From NCBI GenBank assembly GCA_002633005.1, contig NMRA01000260.1, positions 365,559-429,558 of the forward strand: DNA of 64,000 nucleotides, written 5' to 3'. The position numbers and the translations under genes were made by a program. The notes below the pieces were generated by a model that saw nothing but the letters and a program-made list of their open reading frames with translations, searched no databases and was not told the DNA's origin. This document shows positions 40,001 to 52,400 of this stretch, in pieces. This DNA is from Phoronis australis (taxonomy: Eukaryota > Animalia > Phoronida). Position 1 is the first letter of the stretch, and each line of letters starts with the position of its first letter.

Positions 40001-41767
40001 AATATGATTCACAAATCTGCTATTACCGGTACTAAATTGTTGTTGCCATGAATAAAATTTACTTATCATGTGATTAAGAATGAAATGGTCTAAATTTTCT
40101 GACCTGAAAGTCAGCAGTAAGCAGATTCGATACAAGAATACAAAGTGGGAGATGAAGTGATTGTCCTCCTTTATCCACGATTCAGGATTAGTGACATATG
40201 ACAGAAATACGCAATGCAAAAGAATATCAAGAAGTGCTGTGTATTTTGTAGGACACTACACAAACACAATTAAATTGTTTTCTAGGCTTCAGTTTAATAT
40301 ATCAAGCTATATGCTGAAGCTTCCAAGTGAGAAACCGTACAGTAATACTTTACTGCAAAGTTTCACCACTTTACGACACAACATTGCAAACAAGTGAAAT
40401 TTCACTTTTTCCTCAAAGTAAAACCAAACAATGCTTTATCATTTTTAATTTCTATGAACCATAACTACTGTCAGACAATGTTTTGGGGAACTGTTGACAT
40501 TCACAACAATGCTAAAAGCATTTGAAAAATGAAAAAAAAATCAATTTTGGTAATTGCTTTATCCAAAATGGGAAGTTACACAGTAACAGAAACTCACCTT
40601 CTCAATCTGCTGCTCACTGACGAAGACCTTGTGATTGATCTGGTTGTTGTTGCGGACCAGTGTATCGCCCGACATTGTGCCCAGCCATTGGATGTTTGTG
40701 AGTGATGTGTTCAGCGAGTCATTAGAGTTCAGCTGGTCACCTACAAAGGGGGAAGTATCAGAGGAACAGGTAAGAAAGGAGGGACATTGTCAGACAATTG
40801 TCCACTCTTGGCTATTTACGTCACAGGACCAAAGTATTTGGGAAAGTGTCCACCCAATGTAAATGCAAGCACAGTGTTGTTCCATGATTGAAAAGTTCCA
40901 AACCACATTTTGGAAATCTTGAACCAAAAGCTCTGAGCCATGTTTAAAATGATAAAGCTATGTTTGAAAAGTTTTGCTTTACATGACAACTGATTGCATG
41001 GTGGTTTTTGCATTTAATTTTGTAGTAAAAATGAGTGACAAGGGAACATATGTTACTGTAGTTGTTTCTGTGAATTAGACTATAAAAACATAATATGTAA
41101 TTTGAGCCATGTTTGGACTTTTGCCCAAGACAACCTTCAGAAAGCAAGAATTTTTAACCATTTTAATGTCGGTGTTAATCTAATCAATTCTGTCTATGAA
41201 AAATATAATTTTCATCATCACCAAGTAAGTCATTGTTAGAGATGACTGCAAGAAGTCCATACCTGAACAGGATGCTTGAAACAACCCCTCTGTTGACAGA
41301 ATGGTATATCTCTTGTTCACACTACTTGGTGGCAGCACTACATTAAAGCCTCGAGTCTGTTGTTGAAGGTGATTGTTTACGGCGCTGACAACACCCTCTT
41401 TGGACTGATTGTAAGGTGGCGTTGGTTGATTGAGCAGGTGTGAGATCCGATTTGTATTTGCATGTGGACGGTACTGTAATGTGACTGGTGCTTGACTCTG
41501 GTGATCAGAGGTTGTGACTGCATTCATCAGGCCATCTTGAGAAGCCAACGAACCCGCATAGCCAGTCTGGTCAGGAATTTTGGTTATTTCAATGACAGTC
41601 TCCTTCTTGAGGCTATCGACTGGCAGTGGACGGTTTGACAAGAGATGGTTGAAAGCAATACTAGTTCTTTTAAATTCGGTTTTACCTTCCATAGATTGTA
41701 TGTTAATAGGAACTAAATGTTTCTCATCTTCAGTAATATAGCCAACAAGATGGCCAGCTCCATTCAT
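34020..41767 (-). CDS. FOXM1: Forkhead box protein M1, ~636 aa. Exons 41767-41263, 40740-40598, 39345-39178, 38292-38145, 37331-37260, 34894-34020.
   Basis: LNTSLTNIQWL motif; forkhead domain [64 protein letters not shown]...SFWTL; many S/T-P sites; C-terminus NTSFSKLFADFPLDG...LENISW resembles the FOXM1 transactivation domain. Intron phases 1,0,0,1,1 are consistent. Confidence 0.92.
35724..37018 (-). mobile_element. Young HINE family A copy in the last FOXM1 intron
   Basis: Reverse complement of 30536-32013, with acaagagcaacgcagagcattg at the left end and gtgggcgcataa at the right end. Confidence 0.88.
38371..38631. repeat. 17-bp minisatellite (acacattcttggaYYat), ~15 copies, in the intron splitting the FOXM1 forkhead domain
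   Basis: Direct tandem repeat visible in the sequence; it explains the overlapping repetitive ORFs. Confidence 0.95.
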
Positions 41768-42923
41768 TCTACTGGCAGTCAATGTCTAAACCATTCCATT
41801 CTACAAAATTAAAATGACAGATCAAAGTTTAACTCTTAATGATGAACAGTACTTCTATCACTTTTAATCTCAGTAGCATTGGTCACATTTTAGAAGCTTC
41901 TTAATTAGCCACAATAAACTTGCAACTAGTATCCATCAAAAATATAATTCTTTGAACTTACCACAATAAACCTGCTCTTTACTCAAACTCAAGATGATTC
42001 ATGGGTTTTGCGTAGAACTGACATTTTATATAACTTGAGATAACGCTCGATAAGTTGAGATTTCATAGCACGTCATTTTATACACCGAGCATGGTTTCAA
42101 CCCCTACCAAACTTTCAGGTCATCATTTCTCATGTGAGTTAACAAACGAGTTGAGACCAATTTTACTTCAGAAAGTGGTTTAAATCAAGTTAGTTTCTTG
42201 GGCACTGAAAAGAAAGTTTGTAGCCACTTTAAACACCTTTTTACATGCACCAAACAAAAAACAAACTGTTATTGCTTAATGTCATCATTTTCTGGAATAC
42301 CTGATTGTAACAGCTATTCTAGCTAAGTGAGTCTTACTAGATGGATTTTTTTTCTCAAAGTGTGTTAGCCTTATGTCATCTACGTCAGTAGCTCACATTT
42401 AGTGTTATGTAAGACCCAAGCAAGATGTCCAGATTTGCCTGACTTCCCTAAAATCAGAGCTTCAATATTAACTGTGGTTAATCACTCACTTAAGCTTTTG
42501 TGTTCCGATCAGCTTTGGAGTTATTAGCTGGAAGGATTTTTATATGCAGGCAATTAGCCTTAAAAAGACTAATTGCCTCCACACTCCACAGGTATAGATC
42601 AGACTTCATCTACACATGAAAGGTATATTAACCATATTAACCATAGTAACTTGACTTTGATATCCAGAGTTTAAAGTAAAATTTGCAGAAAATGTTCGGC
42701 CGCACTGGATTAAGATGAGACACTGACTAACTGCTTGTACAGCCTGTACAACACAACTAGGCGATTGATAAATTGCCTAGAGCAGACGGATGGGTAACCT
42801 CCCCATTACCTTCGGTAAGTTTCCATTTGACCTGAAACACATTAACTGTAAATGAGTTAAGTCTTCAATTTCCTTGATGGATTGAAGGACTACTGTTGAT
42901 TGCTTACTGCAATATTTAGCCAA

Positions 42924-43524
42924 TGTTGTGAAAGTGTTTCCGGTGAATCATATATATGAGCCTCTGTTAGCCACATGCTAACGGGCAATTGCCTATTAGC
43001 TGAATGGTTAGCACGCTCGCCGGTTAAATCGGGGTCATTGGTTCGATTCCCCTATTACGACATTTGGCGTAGTTAGCAAACGGATGATATACCGTTGAAG
43101 GACTTCATAGAGCATGGGGCCTGAGAAAGAACGCTTGGTGGTAGGGTACAGGCATAATGTAAGGTACATGTGCAGGCATGATGTAAGGTGCATGCACAGG
43201 CATAATGTAAGGTGCATGTACAGACAGGGTGTAAGGTATGTGTACAGGCATAATGTAAGGTACGTGCAGGCATGGTGTAAGGTGCATGTACAAGCATAAT
43301 GTAAGGTACGTGTACAGGCACAATGTATACACCTGGCTGATGGCGCGCTTGTTGATAGGAAAGGGGGGAATGTTGTGGACGTGCTTCCGGTGAATCATTA
43401 TGAGCCTCTGTTAGCCACTCGCTAACGGGCAATTGCCTATTAGCTGAATGGTTAGCACGCCCCACGGTTAAATCGGGGTCGCTGGTTCGATTCCCGAGAT
43501 CGGGCAATCTCGGCTATTACGACA
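42924..43524 (+). mobile_element. TRIM (non-autonomous LTR element) with tRNA-derived sequence in both LTRs
   Basis: LTRs 42924-43062 and 43371-43524 (TGTTGTG...CGACA); PBS-like tggcgtagtt at 43065; PPT aggaaaggggggaa at 43357-43370; A box tagctgaatggttagc and B box ggttcgattcc in each LTR; internal ~25-bp tandem repeat 43150-43330. No TSD. Confidence 0.85.
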
Positions 43525-43914
43525 CCTCCTTGACTTTGTTTGAGCTGGATCATTCTAACTCAACTGCATCAAATGTTGGCAATGGTCGGTTATTCCCTGA
43601 TTTAGAGAACTATTTTCATCCACAGAATAAAGGGCACGTTATTCAGTGATTGCCTGGTTCTCTAAATTACTGGGTTGCCTTGCATCAGTTCAGAACTTCT
43701 ATGGCATGCCTTCTAAATTCTGCTTTCTGCCTTGTATTGCCATGTCTAATGCCGCTTCACGCTTGCCTTGGATTTTGACAGATTCTTGATTGACAGTTTG
43801 CTACTTCAGTAGACACTGATTAATAATAAACAGAAGATTGAGAGGTAACGCAAATCAAATATTTTACATTTTCCCAAAACGTAAAGTCCTGCAATATTCA
43901 TTAACAATCACAAC

Positions 43915-44160
43915 ACTTACCACTCCGCACACCAATCCTGTTCAAAATTCGAACCATTAATATCGACAACCAATCAAATCATAGAAGCATTTCACGTGAT
44001 GACGAAGGCATTTCTTAAGTCAATGTTGATTTGTCATTTACCAAATGTTTGACCAATGAAATTGACTTTAACAAACTTTTAGAAAGCTTATTTACTTCCG
44101 GTGAAAATTAAATGGCTGTGTTTATCGGATTCCTGTGTTCAGTATTACTGTAAAGTAAGT
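43915..44160. promoter_or_regulatory. FOXM1/RHNO1 bidirectional promoter with inferred non-coding first exons
   Basis: Outward-facing GTAAGT donors on - (43915-43920) and + (44155-44160); CHR TTTGAA on - (43941-43946); CCAAT at 43932, 43970, 44053; E-box CACGTG 43993-43998; ETS acttccgg 44094-44101. Confidence 0.7.
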
Positions 44161-46161
44161 TTAAAAGTTGATTAAACGTAATTGTCCTTCGTCTAATTAT
44201 TAGACACCGCGTATTTTAGCTAACCCTGGAAGTGCAGAAGCACGTTTTCAAATCCGAAAAATTTCGCCGTATCGTGTGACGTGAATTTTAAGACAGTGTC
44301 ACTGTCAGTGACCACACCGACACTCTCTGACACTGACATCTCTACTCTAGCTGGCCCAGAACTGCAATAGAGAACGTCTCTACCGCAAGCTAGCTTTTTG
44401 GTGAATTATGCCTCAAGCGGATTGAAAAATCAAAGCCACGTTGGCACTGGTGGGATATAGTGGTCCCTGATTTAGAGAACCAGGCACTCACTGAATAACG
44501 GGCCCGTTATCCAGTGTATGAAACTGGTTCTGGTCAATTCCGCGAAAAGGTCAACCTCGAGACAAAAAATTAAAACTGTGGCTACACTAACGTTTCTGGT
44601 CTCACCTGAAATCCCATTATCTCTAGTTTCAGGACCCGTATTTGACTGTCCTATAACTTTCAATTTTTTGCCTAAATAGACCCATTTTGGGGGGTCACTT
44701 GACCCTAAAAAATTAGCTCGATTTTCATGTGTGTTGCTAATTGTTGTCAAAAAAGCTAAGTATGGGTATTTCACTATACTATAAAATTTGTGCAATCTCA
44801 TGAACCCCAAACTTTATAAAAGATAATATTTCAACTTTGGCACATCATCGAGCTCTTGGTGCCAAAGGTCAACTCCTGGATATCATGGTGCCATATGTCC
44901 ATCACAAAAAGTGTTAAAAAGTTTAGTTACGTTAAAAGTTTTGAATCAAAATTAAAATAATTTCAGATTCTCTTTTAAATTGTTACTCAATATTATCGAC
45001 CAAAATTTTAGATCCCAGGGATTATTTGTTAAGCCAGAAATTGTGTGACAGACGTATAGCAAATTTGTACGTCCGTCACACCCATGAAATTACAATTTTC
45101 AGCAAATAAAAGTAACCTTAGGTCATATTTTTTACTTTCTAAACTTACAAATAAAATGTATCTCACACCTAAGAACTTTAAAACGATAAAATATTACAAA
45201 GGCAGCTTTAAAATCACGTGAAGAAGTTGCTACAGATTTAAACTAAATGCATTGGATTTTTCAATTTCAAAAGTATTTGCAGAAAGTTATAGTTTTCAAT
45301 GTCATCTAGATATTCATAATAGAATTCAACTTATTAAAATCACACAATTGGCCCTCATTATAAAATGTAAATAAAACAAAATGGTAATTTAATGAACTTA
45401 TTGTTAATCTGTTAGTACACCGTGTTTGTAAAGAAATGCTTAGCTTTTGGGAAATTCAAGATGCAAAAATATTCATACAAAAGAATTCCTAAGGTGCTCT
45501 AGAGTATTATAAATAACAAGAGACCTAAAGGAATACATGTCAGTTTGCTATTGCGCTGGAATCAACATGTTACTTCTCTGACCTGCTATGCTGTGTTTTG
45601 TGTTGAAGAAGCCGATACTGGGCATTTTTAAGTGGTAGGAACCTGTCACCTACTTTATTGGGCATTTTTGTCACACTCTCACTGACCGTAGTCATCCTTG
45701 TTGTGTTTTTCAGTGTGTTGGGATATTGGGTGGCTTGTGTGAAATGATTCAAAGCAAATGACTACATTGTTTCATCTTACGTCTTTTTGATCCCTCAATC
45801 TTTTTAAGAATTAGACTATTTTTTTTCTGCTTAGCTTCGAGGAGATTAAACTGGTGTTTAGAAACAATTGAGGAAATTGTTGGAGACCACGGGAAGAACA
45901 GATGCCACTGGAATAAGAATAAATACCTGCTCTAATATTCTTTGAAACTCGAAAAAAATGCCATGGTGGATGGAGACATTCTTAATAATACTTGCACACA
46001 CTGTGATGTGACATTATTTCAAGCAGCCTCTCCTTAACTTTAAAAAAAAGGCATGAGTTAAAGAGCTGGGTGAAAACCTAATCATGTTAATCACTAAATA
46101 GAAACCAACATCTGATAAGTTAGTTTACATATTCCTAAATCATAACCCCAAATGCAATTAA

Positions 46162-47205
46162 TTATGCGCCCACATATTTATATGTGGACGCATTATGCCG
46201 TCATCTCCGTCCGGGCGGCGTCCGGCGTCCGCTGCTCTATCTCCAAAACCCTTTGACATACGTTCATGAAATTTGGCACATATGTTCCATTCATGAATGG
46301 GACGGCATGTGCGAACTTTCGGACGGATCCGACTACCGGTGTGTCCCCTAGTGGCAATTTTATTTTTTTACGCTTACCTTTGTATCTTGAAAAGTCCTGA
46401 ACGGATTTTCATGAAATTTGGTATGTAGGCACCTATTAGTGCGATGACGCTATTCTCCCGTTTTCGGATGGATTCGACCTAGTTTGCGACACCCAGTGGC
46501 CATTTTTACTGTTTTTGAGTCTGTTTTTGGCGTCCACCCCTCTATCAACCAAACCGCTATAAGTATGATTGTGAAAATTGGCATGTATGTTTTTACTATG
46601 AAGAGGACGATTGACGCTGAATTTCCTATGACTTTGATTACTGTGGCGCCTCCTAGTAGCAGTTTTTTTTTGCGCCCGTGGCTGTATCTCCCAAACCGTT
46701 TGCAGGATCTTTACTAAATTTAGCAAGTGTTTTTATGTGATGTTGACAACGGACGATGATGACTTTAGGATGATTCTGACTACCGGTATGCCTCTAGTGG
46801 CAATTTTAGTATTTTACATTGACCTCTGTATTTTCATAGGTCTTCAGGTGTATACTTTGTGTTTCTTCGTGACTATGAAGGAAAAGTTCCAAGTAGAATT
46901 TTGTTTCTGGCATTCTAATGCTGTGCTAATCTCGTATGTTGGTAAATTTGTTTTTAATTCTATGTTTCTGTGGTGCTTTAAGCAACTGATGTATAGGATG
47001 TGCTTGTATTATGAAGATCACTCACATTTTGCCCCTAGCCTATTGAGGAGACAATGACCTTCCCTTTCCATTTTGCAAAGTACAACATACTACATGTCAT
47101 ATATGCCCTCTACTGGCCACTTTATGGTACCAATAAACAACCCTAGAAGGATACCGTATACGGTGCAATTGTGGGCGCATTTCAACGCTCTGCGTTGCTC
47201 TTGTT
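46162..47205 (+). mobile_element. Young HINE family A copy in RHNO1 intron 1
   Basis: Same termini as 30536-32013 with exact subTIR pair atgcgcccaca / tgtgggcgcat; lacks one ~450-bp three-monomer block relative to that copy. Confidence 0.88.
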
Positions 47206-49459
47206 AAAAAATGCCTTGCTTTCACACTTGAAGACAGCACAGGTGATTTGAATCGAGATATGAATGCCAAAAGTCAACGCTGTCTACTAAACCATGCTTC
47301 ACACTTTGTTTTAAGAAGATACTGAAGGCCTGTTACTAATGCTTTTAAAACATCACCATTATTACTTTCATGGGCATGCATCAGAGCCATCAACAGCATG
47401 GTCCAGAGAATAATTTTGTGCAAGCTTAGGGTGAGTTCTAATTTGAAAAGCAATTAACTAAAATGCATTTTTATGACAGTGATTAGTAATGTTTTTAACT
47501 TTATTTCACATTTTATATTTTGACAGTCACATTTTCTTATTGGTTTTGAATTGGTATTCTATTTAATGCATAAAAACAGGTTTTCCTGATAACTAATAGC
47601 TGTCAAAATGATTATCACTCTCATTTCCACAAAAATGGCTTACCATCTTTAAAGGGAAGTAAAGATTTTAGGCGCTTGTTTTATAGAACTCTAAATCAGG
47701 GACCGCCGTAAACGACCAGTGTCAGCCACATTGTTATAAGTACCTTTCCCGCACATAGGGACACCCAATCTCTTTAATTCTTTCCAACTCAAACATATAC
47801 TCCCGTAATAAATTAACTTTTTCTTTGAGCTGTCAGTTGCCCATCATCAACTTGCCATTTTTAGTGCTGCATTTGCTCCTGGTGGGTGCAGTAAAAGTAG
47901 ATAAAAAGTGACATTCATTACATTGTTTTTCAACACTTTAACGTCTATATCTGGTAAGTGTCGTTTGATTTGATAATTTTGCATGCACCCCGTTCTTTTG
48001 TTAGGTCTTCATATTGAAGTTTCATGACATAGGTGATGAACTGAACTACCCGGGTGTTATGAAATTATGAGGTCTGTATATATCATGTGAAGTTAACACA
48101 CAGCGATTCCTAACTGGCAGGTTAAACTTATGAATAACTACTAGTAGGCTATATGCAACCTTTTGGAAAAAATATTTGATTTATTGAATTGGCAAAAATT
48201 GCCTAATTGGTTATGTTGTATTTCATGGTGCTGAAAGTCAGTCTTATCCCTCCATAAATTTAGAAGCAGTACAAAATACTAATTTTATAGCACCGGTAAC
48301 CTATTAGCTCTACTCAAATAAAAGCGTAGTTTTTGATGATGTTAACTTTTGAGTCAGATGTTATTTCGCCAGTTTCCCCCATATTAGTCCAACTCCAAAG
48401 TTCTATTTTCAAACAGTTACTACCAAGGCTGTCTCACAGGCACACCTTGTACTATACTAATACTTTATATGCAGTGCATCGCCTATGAATGTCGTAGGAA
48501 TGCAGTATAGAGATAGCGTTGTAATATAGCTGGGCGGTCCTTGCATTAGAGAAACAATCAATCACCGAATAATGGTCCTGTTATTCAGTGGAGGATGATG
48601 GTTCTTTCTAGAAAGATACCTTTATCCAGATATTTGTTTCTTTTTGTGAATGAACTATTGAAGAAATGAAAGTTTGTTTTTATCTCCTATAAAAAGTACA
48701 TACAACATTTGCACATAGTACTAGAAAATGTGAATATGGACCCTCTGCATTTCCTCCAAGTCTGAGACTGGGGCCCAGAGACTCAGCCATTTTGAATGTA
48801 ATTGACTCAGTGTAGTTGCCCATTGTTGGATTTGGGAAATACCTATTAAGTGATCAAACACTGAAAAATAATAAAAAGTGTTAAAAATGAACGTTTTGTC
48901 AGTTTTCATTCAATTTTTTCCTGTCTTCTGAAGTATGAACAACTTATTGTTTTTTAATATTTTTTTAATTCTATACTTGACTAGGAGCCAAAATCACAAG
49001 CACACAAATTATGTGGTCAAAACAATTTTCGTGTCATTGGTCATCATCCCCTTGAAAAACTTGGTTTCCCTATTTTTGAAATCTTGGATGAACTTTTGCG
49101 ATGAAACCCAAAAAACACCCCCCCCCATTTACTGTCAAGTGTAACCAGATCTATGTCAGGCAAAAAATTAAATGTAGTTGATATTTCTTCATCAGAGACT
49201 TACCTAAAAATAACAATTTATACTATAATTTGTTGATATTACGGTATGTAACTGTTTGTGTATGAATTTAGCTGCTGTACTAACTTCATCCTGGGTGAAC
49301 CAAAAAACAGAAATCTTAAAAATTTCGTGCAAAATTCTCAATTCTAAAATAATTACCTTAATAATTCCTTTCTTGACAGGAATGAGGAAACAAAAATGTG
49401 CCACCTGAAATTTTCTGCCATTAATGCTCTCTATCCACCGTCACCTTTGATTTGCAGAA

Positions 49460-52400
49460 ATGCCTCCAAGACGTCGAAAAAAATCTAATCAGCATCGCAA
49501 GCGCCCATTAGCATTCGCTGAGAGCCCTGTCAACATCTACCATGATATTCCATCTCCCATTGCTTCGGCTAAGAACCCACCAACAGCAGACGTTGTTCCA
49601 TTTGATGACACAAAGCCATGGGTAAATATTTGTCGGAAATGTTCTTACAAATAATTTTTCTTAAATATGACAATGCTGTAGTTATTGTAGATGCAAAACG
49701 ATGTTTTGATTTATAGTGTTTTGATGTTTGTTGTAGCTCAAAAAATTAGTTTTGGGTATTGGATTTAAAACTCATAACAGCTTTGTGGATGCGTGTCATA
49801 TTCAAGCGTTCCTCATGCTTTCTATATTGTTAAAATGACATACATTCTAGGGAGACTAAATGTAAAATATAAAGTTGCTTTCAAGCAAGTAGTAGGGTAT
49901 GCCAAGTCTTTACTGTGAAAATATAAGAGCAGATATTGTGTGGTACTTGTGATAAAATCTGACCTATTTCAGTCAAAAATAACACGAAAACTTATCTTTT
50001 CAGTCTTTAAAAGCATCAAACACTGCTGTGGATGCCCACTTATCAAAGCATTAGGTGTTTGATGGCAGCCATGGTGTTGAACAAAATCGATATTCCTGTT
50101 ACCCTGCCGACCATTGTGTATTTTTGTAATCAAAGCACTGTCCACACTGAAGCAATTGTAACTTTCAAAACCAATTTAGAGGTTGTTACTGTTTCTTGGT
50201 TACCGGGTATGGCTTTCTGTGAGGGTGGTTTAGCAAAAGGTTTTAACTGTTTAACTTTGAGTGAACACAGCAATTGCAGAAGTCAATCTGTAGGTGGCGT
50301 TGCTGTCAAATCTCTTTCGAAACAATGGCACACCGAGGTATTACCTCGTGTGAATCAGAACACGATAGCACTGACAACTAGCATCTAAAAACCACAAATT
50401 AGGGTTACAACAGGTCTGACTGTCTGCGTGACCTTTAATAATTAGATAACAGTTGTAACTGTAGAAAGAGTTATAACCAAATTTAGTCTGAATACAGCTT
50501 AAGAAGTCATTTTATGCTCAGTTTAAGCTCATTAGTTGTCTCAGGTGACGCTGTTATTTGTGATTAGCAATACACTGTATCTACTATTAATTTGGCCCAA
50601 TAAACTCAGTTCCCTTTTTCATAAACATGGCTCCCCGACCACCAAAGTTGGTTCCGGCCTAAAAACATGACTGAGGCACACAGAAACAACTTCTGGCTCA
50701 GAAACATGGCTCACTAAGTACCCATGAGTCTGCACCGTGTTTGTGAGTGGGAAGGTTTTTAGGATGGGTAAGCCGTCTTTTTTCAATCTGGTCACGAGTT
50801 TGGGTACTCGTAGCATGCATTGTGATGAACTAAATATTTGCCAGTGCCTGGTCGCATGAAGAAATCCCAAATAGGGAATCAACTAGGTCCCCAAAATCTA
50901 CTGTGTATTTGTGGGCTTTGAAAACATCGATTGTCCTTTCTTACGCCGTTTCAGTCTCATTACTAAGTCAATTTTTGGCTTTGATACAAATCGAGAGTGA
51001 ACTCTACATTGAATTCTGAATACTATTGAAAATAAGTAGGGATATTTTCATGCAAGTAAGACTAGTTCTATTATTAGAAAAAGCCATTCGTCAAAGAGGA
51101 ACTCATAATAAAGAAAAAAAGCCATTCGTCAAAGAGGAACTCATAATAAAGAAAAAAAAGCCATTCGTCAAAGAGGAACTCATAATAAAAAAAGCCATTC
51201 GTCAAAGAGGAACTCATAACAAAGAAAAAATTACATGAAGTTGTTACATCTGTAAGTAATGAATAAAACAAATCTGCAAAAGATGTAGGGAACTTAGTCG
51301 AGTCCCTATTTGGGACTGTTTCACGCAACCGGGCACAGGTCACCCAGTTTTCCACCGAACATATCTTTGATAATACAGCAATCTTGTTGAGAAATCTTCC
51401 GTATTATTATAGGCTTACCAATCCTAGAGAGAATGTGTGTAACTTGATATATGTAGGACCTTGCAGACATGTCTGTACTGGGTAAATTATCTACAAAACT
51501 TTAACCCAGTAAAAGTATATATTTTCTGTAAGTGGAAAGGCTGTGCGATTTGATTTTTGGTGTTTTAACTGTTAATTGGGTCTTGTGATCGTGTCTTTTG
51601 AGTAAAATTTACCAAAAAAAACAAAAGTACATTGATAGCAAAACAAAAGTTATCAATATAAATGTTCCAAGATGAAATCTCAAAAACTCTGTTACAGTTT
51701 TCTAAATTACTATCTCATTTTGAGCTTATGCAACTTTTGATTTTTTCTTTAAAATCATAAATTTGAAAGTCATATTATTGATAGCCTCTTATCTGAAGTT
51801 GTAGCATTTGAAAAGAATTCCTAACATATTCTTGGGAACAGTACAAAAGGCTCAGTACATGTAAGTTATATATAGATCCTATCAACCATGTCTGAGATAT
51901 GTTTCAGAGTTAGCCAGATTTGAAAATTTTCTGGGTTCCTGCATATCCTTAAATATTTTGTTATTATACTTTCTGGCTTAGGCATTGAACACAATAGTTT
52001 GATATTTTGCGGATTTGCATGGCTGTTGTCTTAGAATATTCACCAACTTTCATCCCATTTGCTCTCAGATTTCGCCGCAATTTCAACAGCAATATCCAGG
52101 TGACGTAGTGCGTCGTAGAATCACCAGAAGTCGCTCTAGAACTGCACGACAAGCCAATGTCAACTACACGTCGTTGAGCATCAGTGAGACAGCAGTACAG
52201 AAAAATGCAAAACAAAAATACAGTGCGTTAAAGTTTCTTGGAGAGACGACCGAGATTGATTCACCGATAATTGAAATATCATATTATGGTCAGGAGAATG
52301 AAAATGTGAACAGCGCTGATCTTGAAGATGGTATTTTGACTCGAGAAAAAGACAATAATGATAAAGATATCAATAAAAAGTTTCATGCATCCATGGACAA

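Noticed and set aside
43432-43508. Functional tRNA-Asn gene
   Set aside because: The anticodon and acceptor stems are imperfect, no oligo-T terminator follows, and it is duplicated as part of LTRs.
51077-51230. Repeat-spacer-like array
   Set aside because: The 'spacers' are only variable A-tracts and there are no cas genes.
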